Assembly (NCBI GenBank): GCA_963767005.1
Contig: CAVYCN010000003.1
Coordinates: 352,001 to 416,000, forward strand
Reading direction: 5' to 3'
Origin: an uncultured Actinomycetes bacterium
Lineage (GTDB): Bacteria > Actinomycetota > Thermoleophilia > UBA2241
Length of the DNA: 64,000 nt
Positions 58,153 through 64,000 of this stretch are shown one piece after another; position 1 is the stretch's first letter, and every line of letters starts with the position of its first letter. The translations under genes and the position numbers were made by a program. The notes below the pieces were generated by a model that had not been told where the DNA came from, made no database searches, and was given only the letters and a program-made list of their open reading frames with translations.

Positions 58153-59802
58153 CTAGCTGCTGAACCCGCCGGGCCCGTCCGGGCCCTGCGGACCGCTCAT
58201 CTCGGAGACGCCGGACGCGGCGCCGGCGTCACCCGCCGCGGCGAACTCCGCCCCGGCAACAGCCGGGGCCAGCTCGATCTCGTGGATGCTCGCCGAGAGG
58301 TCGATGCCGCGGGCCCGCTGGATCGAATACACGACGACGCCCGCGACCACGACGACGCCGAGCGACAGCATCACGATGTAGGTGTCGAGCCAGGTCGTGG
58401 ATTGCCGCGGCCAGCCGAGGTTGACGATCATGAAGACGCCGTACACGAAGGCGATGATGTTGACCGGCCAGCCCCACCTGCCCAGGTTGAAGTAGGCCTT
58501 GTCCTTGGGCCAGCCCTTGGAGCGCTTCACGAGGCCGCCGAAGACCACCATCTGGTAGGCGATGTAAGTGCCGGCCGTCGCCCAGGCGGTGACGCGGGCG
58601 ATCTGGACGAACGGGTCGCCGCCGCCGATGGTGACGTAGAGCAGCACCGCGATGGCGGCCACGCCGACAAAGAGCGCCGACGTGAGCGGCGTCCTGGTCC
58701 TGGGGTGGACGAACCCGAAGAACTTGTGACCGGGGATCATCTTGTCGCGACCGTAGGCGAACAATAGCCGCGTGGTGGCAGCCTGGATCGCCAGGCAGCA
58801 GACGAAGATGGCGGCGCACACCGACACCAGGAAGGCGTTCGTCACCCAGTTCGGGAAGTGCGCGTGGAAGATGTAGGCGATGGCGCCCGTGCTCTGCGCC
58901 TGCGTCTTGGCGACGTTGGGGATGGCCAGCACCATGGCGACCAGCCAGAAGGCCGAGATGGCCGCCGTAATGCCCACGGCGAAGAGCATCGCGCGCGGCA
59001 CCTCGCGCGTCGGGTTGACCGTCTCTTCGGCCAGACCGCCGGCGGCGTCGAAGCCGTACATCACCCAGGCGCCGGTCAGCATGGCGGCGAGGAAGACGCT
59101 GCCGTACCCGAAGACGGCGCCCTTTGCGGCGCCCGGCGTGGTGTTGAACAGCACGCCGAGGCCCTGATGCGAGCCGTGGCCGGTGATCACCGCGATGTAC
59201 AGGGCGGCGCCGATGACCACGAGGCCGATCATCTCGGTGACCGTCCCGATGTTGTTGAAGAAGGCGGTCACCTTGACGCTGTAGATGTTGAGCAGCATCG
59301 GTCCGACGGTGAAGCAGATGGCGATCCACAGCAGGGTGGTGTGCGTCGTCTGCCAGCCCATCAGCGAGCAGACGATCGGCGTCACACCGAAGGCCACGGC
59401 GGCGACCGTCACGACCAGCGCCACGGCGAACATCCAGGCCGTCCACCAGCCGTAGGTGCCCCCCATGAAGCGCTTGGCCCACTGGTAGACGCCGCCGGCC
59501 AGCGGGTAGTGCGACGCCGCCTCGGCGAACACCAGGGCGACCATGAACTGGCCGAAGACGATGATCGGCCACTGCCAGATCAGGCCGGCCGGGCCGCCCA
59601 CGTCGAGACCGTAGTAGAAGAGCGCATAGAAGCCGTTGGTCGCCGAGATGAAGCTGAAGGCGATCGCGAACGTCGAGAAGAAGCCCAGCGAGCGCCGCAG
59701 CTCCTGCTGGTAGCCGAACTTGGCGAGCAGCTCCTGGTCGCGCCGATGCTGGGCGTCGGCGCTGTCGTGGAACATGTGGTGGTGCTCGGTCTCCGGTGAC
59801 AC
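58153..59802 (-). CDS. APC-family amino acid/amine permease (GABA/choline/ethanolamine-permease-like)
   Basis: GYQQELRRSLGFFSTFAIAFSFIS, AEAASHYPLAGGVYQW, GFDAAGGLAEET, R.LFAYGRD; GTG start with SD. Confidence 0.92.
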   Translation of the reverse strand: MSPETEHHHMFHDSADAQHRRDQELLAKFGYQQELRRSLGFFSTFAIAFSFISATNGFYALFYYGLDVGGPAGLIWQWPIIVFGQFMVALVFAEAASHYPLAGGVYQWAKRFMGGTYGWWTAWMFAVALVVTVAAVAFGVTPIVCSLMGWQTTHTTLLWIAICFTVGPMLLNIYSVKVTAFFNNIGTVTEMIGLVVIGAALYIAVITGHGSHQGLGVLFNTTPGAAKGAVFGYGSVFLAAMLTGAWVMYGFDAAGGLAEETVNPTREVPRAMLFAVGITAAISAFWLVAMVLAIPNVAKTQAQSTGAIAYIFHAHFPNWVTNAFLVSVCAAIFVCCLAIQAATTRLLFAYGRDKMIPGHKFFGFVHPRTRTPLTSALFVGVAAIAVLLYVTIGGGDPFVQIARVTAWATAGTYIAYQMVVFGGLVKRSKGWPKDKAYFNLGRWGWPVNIIAFVYGVFMIVNLGWPRQSTTWLDTYIVMLSLGVVVVAGVVVYSIQRARGIDLSASIHEIELAPAVAGAEFAAAGDAGAASGVSEMSGPQGPDGPGGFSS

Positions 59803-59816
59803 GTGCCCCCCTCCCC

Positions 59817-60164
59817 TTACCGCCAGTGCGGATAGGTCACGTAGAAGAATTTGCCGTACGAGTCGGTGCTGAAGTAGACCAGCAGGCCCTTCTTCCGCGG
59901 GATGTAGACGACGTCGCCCGGCAGGAACGTGCGGGTGTCGCCGTCCTGCGCCAAGGTCAGCTCGCCCTCCACCATGAAGCAGACGGCCGCGTCGTCGTCG
60001 TAGTCGAAGTCGACCGGCGAGCCTGGAAACACCTCGCAGATGCCGGCGGAAAAGGGAGCGCCTTGGGTTCGATCGATCACGTCGACCAGGCTGAGCTTGC
60101 TGTCCGGGCCGACCTCGAAGGGCGCTGTCCTGATGTCGTCGGCGGCCACCAGATGGAACTCCAT
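59817..60164 (-). CDS. EutQ-like cupin
   Basis: PFSAGICEV, FDY, VEGELTL, PGDVVYIP, FYVTYPHW; GGGGAGG SD. Confidence 0.8.
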   Translation of the reverse strand: MEFHLVAADDIRTAPFEVGPDSKLSLVDVIDRTQGAPFSAGICEVFPGSPVDFDYDDDAAVCFMVEGELTLAQDGDTRTFLPGDVVYIPRKKGLLVYFSTDSYGKFFYVTYPHWR

Positions 60165-60291
60165 ACCGTGCCTCCCCCGTGTGTGGCATGGTCGGGTCAC
60201 GGGCGACCGGGCGGTCGCTCGTTGCGGCTCTCCCGATGGCGCCCCCTTCCCGGCCGGCGGCCTGTCGCTGGGCCACAATGGCCCCCCACCA

Positions 60292-60320
60292 TTGACGCAC
60301 TTCGACGTTACCGACAGAAT
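60292..60320 (+). promoter_or_regulatory. sigma70 promoter for the PAS-LuxR gene
   Basis: TTGACG-17 bp-CAGAAT. Confidence 0.6.
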
Positions 60321-60363
60321 CCGGCTCGGCAAGGCCAGTCTTTTGTGAGGTTAGTGCGAGGGT

Positions 60364-61359
60364 ATGCCTAGCAGACGCATCCCATCCACGCTCGCGACGG
60401 CGTTCCGCCATGACGGCCGGCAGGTGCTGTTCGTGTCTCCCGAGGGCGCCGGCACGACGCCGCCGCCCCTCACCTACAGCGATCCTCGCCTGCGCGCCTT
60501 CCTGAGCGTGACCTTCGACATCCTCTACGACTGGAACATGCGCACCGGCGCCATCTACTTCGGCGAGCAGCTCGACGCGGCACTCGGGCAGCGGCCCGGG
60601 GCCTTCCCGCGCGACATCAGCGGCTGGTTCGACCGGCTGCACCCGGACGACGGCGACCGCGTGGCCGAGGCGATCGGCGAAAGCATCACGCGCCAAACGC
60701 CGTTCCGCTGCGAGTACCGTCTGCGCCATGACGACGGTTCGTACCGACTGATGAGCGACCACGGCGTGATCCTCACCGACGAGGCGGGGGACCCGGCCAG
60801 CATGATCGGCGTCATGCGCGATGTGACCGACGAGCGCGCGGCCGAGCTTGCGGCCCACGAGGCGCGCCGCGTCATGCAGGACGAGCTCGAGCGCACGGCG
60901 CGCGCCCTGCGCCGCCAGACGACGATCCTCGACGAGCGCAACGCCGCCCTGCGCGTGCTGCTCGAGCAGCGCGAGCAGGACCGCCGCGAGCTCGAGCAGC
61001 GCGTCGTGCTGAACGTCGAGCGTCTCATCGACCCGTCACTCGACCGGCTCAGCCACGCCCTGCGCCACCGGCCCGAACGGCTCGAGATCGAGGCCGTGCG
61101 GCACAACCTGCGCGAGGTCGTGTCGCCCTTCGCCGCGCGACTCGGCGCCCTGTACGGCAGCGCCACGCCGCTCACCCGGCGTGAGACCGAGGTGGCCAAC
61201 CTCGTGCGCTTCGGCAAGACGAGCGCCGAGATCGCCGAGGCACTCCACATCTCGACCTCGTCGGTGGCCTTTCACCGCGCCAACGTGCGTCGCAAGCTCG
61301 GCCTGCCCAAGGGCGGGCCGCGCCTCGAGACGCACCTGGCGTCGCTGGCGCGAGACTAG
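60364..61359 (+). CDS. PAS-domain LuxR-family transcriptional regulator
   Basis: PAS_3 (YDWN, LHPDD, EYRLRHDDGSY, GVMRDVT), coiled coil, LTRRETEVA..GKTSAEIAEALHIS..V.FHR..RRKLG HTH. Confidence 0.92.
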   Translation: MPSRRIPSTLATAFRHDGRQVLFVSPEGAGTTPPPLTYSDPRLRAFLSVTFDILYDWNMRTGAIYFGEQLDAALGQRPGAFPRDISGWFDRLHPDDGDRVAEAIGESITRQTPFRCEYRLRHDDGSYRLMSDHGVILTDEAGDPASMIGVMRDVTDERAAELAAHEARRVMQDELERTARALRRQTTILDERNAALRVLLEQREQDRRELEQRVVLNVERLIDPSLDRLSHALRHRPERLEIEAVRHNLREVVSPFAARLGALYGSATPLTRRETEVANLVRFGKTSAEIAEALHISTSSVAFHRANVRRKLGLPKGGPRLETHLASLARD

Positions 61360-61448
61360 ACACACCGTCACCCCCGACGTGAAAGCGGACAGCGCGTCGG
61401 CGGTCCTATCAGGTGCTCGACCCGTCGGCGCCTGACCGAGGAGACGTG

Positions 61449-62735
61449 ATGCGGCGCATCGTGTGGACTTCGCTTTCCTGCCTGCTCGTCGCGGTCGCGG
61501 TGGCCGCCTGCGGCGCAGGCTCTGGAGCTCGCCCGACCGACGAGGCGTCACCATCGTCGGCTGCCTCGGCGCGCCCTGCAACCGCCTCCGACGGCTCGGC
61601 CGCGACCTCACCTGGCCGGGCCACCCGACCATTCGGTCTGCTCCGTCTGCCGGACTCGGCCCAGGTCGCCTTCACGCGCGACGGCATCGTCTGGCGACTT
61701 CCGCCGCAGGAGGCCTCGCAGGCCGGTCCCGTGCCGCTCACACCGTTCTTTCGCTTCGACGTGTCCACGGGATCGATCGGCCCGGATCCCTGGCTCACGG
61801 CTCTCCTTGGACACCGCCGCTTCGATCGATGGATCCTCGCGGGCGACGCGGTGGCCTGGGTCGACAGTACACGACGCGTGAGCGGAGCGAACGGGGTCGT
61901 CATGAGCGCGGCGCAGGTGCAGACGGCCCGCCGACCCTCGACGACGGGCCGCCCCCTCATGCGGACGAGCTGGCGGCTGGTAGACCAGAGCGGAGGCGAC
62001 TACGACGCCGGCACCCGCCTCTCGGCCTTCGACGGTCGGCTCTGCGCCTTCTGGAGCCTCGACTCACCACGGACCGGCTCGTGGACCACGAAGCACTCCG
62101 GGCCGTGTCGAGGCCTCTGGCTCGTCGATCTCGAGACGGGCGCGCGGCGGCGGCTGGTGCGGGACGGCCGGTCTGGAGCCGACGTGCTCGCCATGGCGGG
62201 CGCGACGGCCTTCTGGGCGCCGAACCAGGAGTCGGCGAGCAACGGCGGCAGCCGCGTGTTCCACGTGAGCTCGACCGTGGCCTCGGAGGCTGCGGGCACG
62301 TTCCTGGCGCCCGTGCGCGTCGCCGGACCCGCCGCCGCCGACCAGGGGACGTTTGCCTTCAACGCGCTCCCGCCCGATTCGACGGACTGGGTCGGCGTCC
62401 ACGTCTGGGCCTACGCCTATGGCAACGGCAAGTTCTGGCAGCTTAGCGACGCACCCGAGGGACAGATGGTCGAAGCGGTCGCCGACGACTTCGTCGTCTG
62501 GATCGACTATCGCCGCTGGACGCCGGGCCATCCCGTGGTCGAGCTGCGCGGTACCGACATGCGCAGCTCTCGCCGACCGTTCACCATCACCTCGTATCGC
62601 GGCGACTTCGCGGACGTGGCGATGACCGGCGACGAGGTCTTCTGGACGGTCGAGGGCAGCAAAGCGAAGACCGTCTGCGGCACTCGACTCGTCAGGGCCG
62701 ACGACGGTACGCGGGTCCGCGTCGAGCCCCTTTAG
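61449..62735 (+). CDS. Hypothetical lipoprotein (possible beta-propeller)
   Basis: GAGGAG SD; lipobox VAVAAC; Ser/Ala linker; Trp-rich beta repeats; atypical codon usage. Confidence 0.7.
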   Translation: MRRIVWTSLSCLLVAVAVAACGAGSGARPTDEASPSSAASARPATASDGSAATSPGRATRPFGLLRLPDSAQVAFTRDGIVWRLPPQEASQAGPVPLTPFFRFDVSTGSIGPDPWLTALLGHRRFDRWILAGDAVAWVDSTRRVSGANGVVMSAAQVQTARRPSTTGRPLMRTSWRLVDQSGGDYDAGTRLSAFDGRLCAFWSLDSPRTGSWTTKHSGPCRGLWLVDLETGARRRLVRDGRSGADVLAMAGATAFWAPNQESASNGGSRVFHVSSTVASEAAGTFLAPVRVAGPAAADQGTFAFNALPPDSTDWVGVHVWAYAYGNGKFWQLSDAPEGQMVEAVADDFVVWIDYRRWTPGHPVVELRGTDMRSSRRPFTITSYRGDFADVAMTGDEVFWTVEGSKAKTVCGTRLVRADDGTRVRVEPL

Positions 62736-62738
62736 GCG

Positions 62739-63452
62739 CTACTGGTTCTCGAGCAGCTCCTCGGCCGCCACGTCGCGCACGACGCGCGCCGGCACGCCCA
62801 TGAGCACCTTGCCGGCCGGCGCGTCGCTCGTGACGACCGCGCCGGCCGCGATGAAGGCCTCGGCGCCGATCTCGATGCCGGGGCAGAGCACGACGCCGCC
62901 GCCGACACGGGCGCCGCGGCGGATGGTGGCACCCTTGATCAGGTCGTGGCGCTGCTCGGTGCGGCCCATGAAGTTGTCGTTCGTGGTCTGCACGCAGGGC
63001 GCGACGAAGACGTGGTCCTCGATCGTCATGTAGGCCGTGATGTAGGCGTTGGACTGGATCCTGGTGAAGTCGCCGATCGTCGTGTCGTTCTCGACGCAGG
63101 TGCCGCGCCCGACCACGACGCGCTCGCCGAGCACGCAGCGCTCGCGCACGCTGGCGAGGTCGCCGATCACGCAGCCGGGACCGGCCGTGACCCCGCGGTA
63201 GACGATGGCGCCGGTCGACACGACGCAGCCCGGCCCGAGACGCAAGGGGGCGAGCTCGCCGCGCTTCGCCGTGGACGAAGGCGACAGCGAGGGCACCTTG
63301 CCCAGCACGGCGCCGTCCTGGATGAAGCAGCCGTCGCCGATCTCGCTGTCGTCGTAGACGACGACGTTGGCGCCGAACACGACGCCGTCGCCCACCGACA
63401 CGTCGGCGCCGAGCAGCAGGTTGTGACCGAGGTCGGACGAGTGCAGCGCCAT
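62739..63452 (-). CDS. Hexapeptide-repeat N-acetyltransferase (WbpD/WlbB-like, sugar nucleotide)
   Basis: Left-handed beta-helix hexapeptide repeats, IQSNAYIT, TTNDN, AGAVVT.D, GVPAR. Confidence 0.85.
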   Translation of the reverse strand: MALHSSDLGHNLLLGADVSVGDGVVFGANVVVYDDSEIGDGCFIQDGAVLGKVPSLSPSSTAKRGELAPLRLGPGCVVSTGAIVYRGVTAGPGCVIGDLASVRERCVLGERVVVGRGTCVENDTTIGDFTRIQSNAYITAYMTIEDHVFVAPCVQTTNDNFMGRTEQRHDLIKGATIRRGARVGGGVVLCPGIEIGAEAFIAAGAVVTSDAPAGKVLMGVPARVVRDVAAEELLENQ

Positions 63453-63456
63453 GCCG

Positions 63457-64000
63457 CTAGCCGACCGTGAGGTCGGCCGTCCTGACCGGCCGGCCGCCGT
63501 CGCGCAGCGAGCGCTCCATGGCTTCGAGCACCCGCACCACGTTGAGCCCGTCGCGACCGTCCGACAGCGGCTTGCGACCCTCGCGCACGCACTCGACGAA
63601 GTGCTCGACCTCGAGCTTGAGGGGCTCGTCGTTGGCGATCCGCGGGATGTGGATGTCGCCGAAGCGCAGCGTGACGTACTCGCCGTACGACTGGTAGGCC
63701 GGCACCACCGCCGCCTTGTCGTAGACGGTGACCTTGCGATCGGCGTCCATGTCGTCGAAGACGGCCATCTTGTCGGAACCGACCACCGTGATCTTGCGCG
63801 TCTTGTGCGGATCGAGCCAGCTCACGTGAAGGTGGCCGATCATGCCCGACGGGTAGCGGATGTAGCCGAACACGACGTCCTCGACGCCGGGCTGCAGGTA
63901 GCACTCGCCGCGCGCCGAGACCTCTTCGGGCTCCTCGCCGGTCAGGTAGTTGATGACCGAGATGTCGTGCGGCCCCAGGCTCCACAGGGCGTTCTCGTCG
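63457..64000 (-). CDS. Gfo/Idh/MocA-family oxidoreductase (5'-truncated by the window edge)
   Basis: ENALWSLGPHDIS, HVSWLDPHK.RKITVVGS.KM.VFDD, EPLKLE..HF, SDG..GL.VV.VLEA. Confidence 0.88.
   Translation of the reverse strand, partial: DENALWSLGPHDISVINYLTGEEPEEVSARGECYLQPGVEDVVFGYIRYPSGMIGHLHVSWLDPHKTRKITVVGSDKMAVFDDMDADRKVTVYDKAAVVPAYQSYGEYVTLRFGDIHIPRIANDEPLKLEVEHFVECVREGRKPLSDGRDGLNVVRVLEAMERSLRDGGRPVRTADLTVG

Overview
A very GC-rich bacterial chromosomal segment. By inference from gene content and style it is Actinomycetota, probably an anaerobic or microaerophilic Thermoleophilia-like lineage. The left half is mostly on the minus strand: alr-CBS-nnr-acpS-glmS with a clear glmS ribozyme; a TetR/putrescine-transcarbamylase-like/APC permease/cupin block between glmS and glmM; rplM-rpsI; a DUF62 protein; an FG-GAP repeat protein; a ccmEFABCD-hemACD operon (System I*-type CcmE); moaA-moaC-MOSC-mog; molbindin; and two aldehyde dehydrogenases. 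The right half has rpsF-ssb-rpsR-rplI-dnaB with an S6:S18 leader; mscL; purC/A/D/E/B; a Rieske-glutaredoxin-FTR-Rieske-SOD redox cluster; a MerR-amidase-solute-binding-protein module; rubredoxin; a PAS-LuxR/cupin/APC module; and the end of a sugar-nucleotide operon. I saw no tRNA, rRNA, CRISPR array or transposase. The most notable observations are a transcarbamylase with a rewritten acceptor loop, a dispersed intergenic repeat family of about 55 bp (about 11 copies), apparent ACG/ATA start codons behind strong Shine-Dalgarno (SD) sites, a Rieske-flanked FTR/glutaredoxin module, an ALDH ending in CxxCH, and several leaderless genes. All calls come from reading the sequence; no database searches were run.
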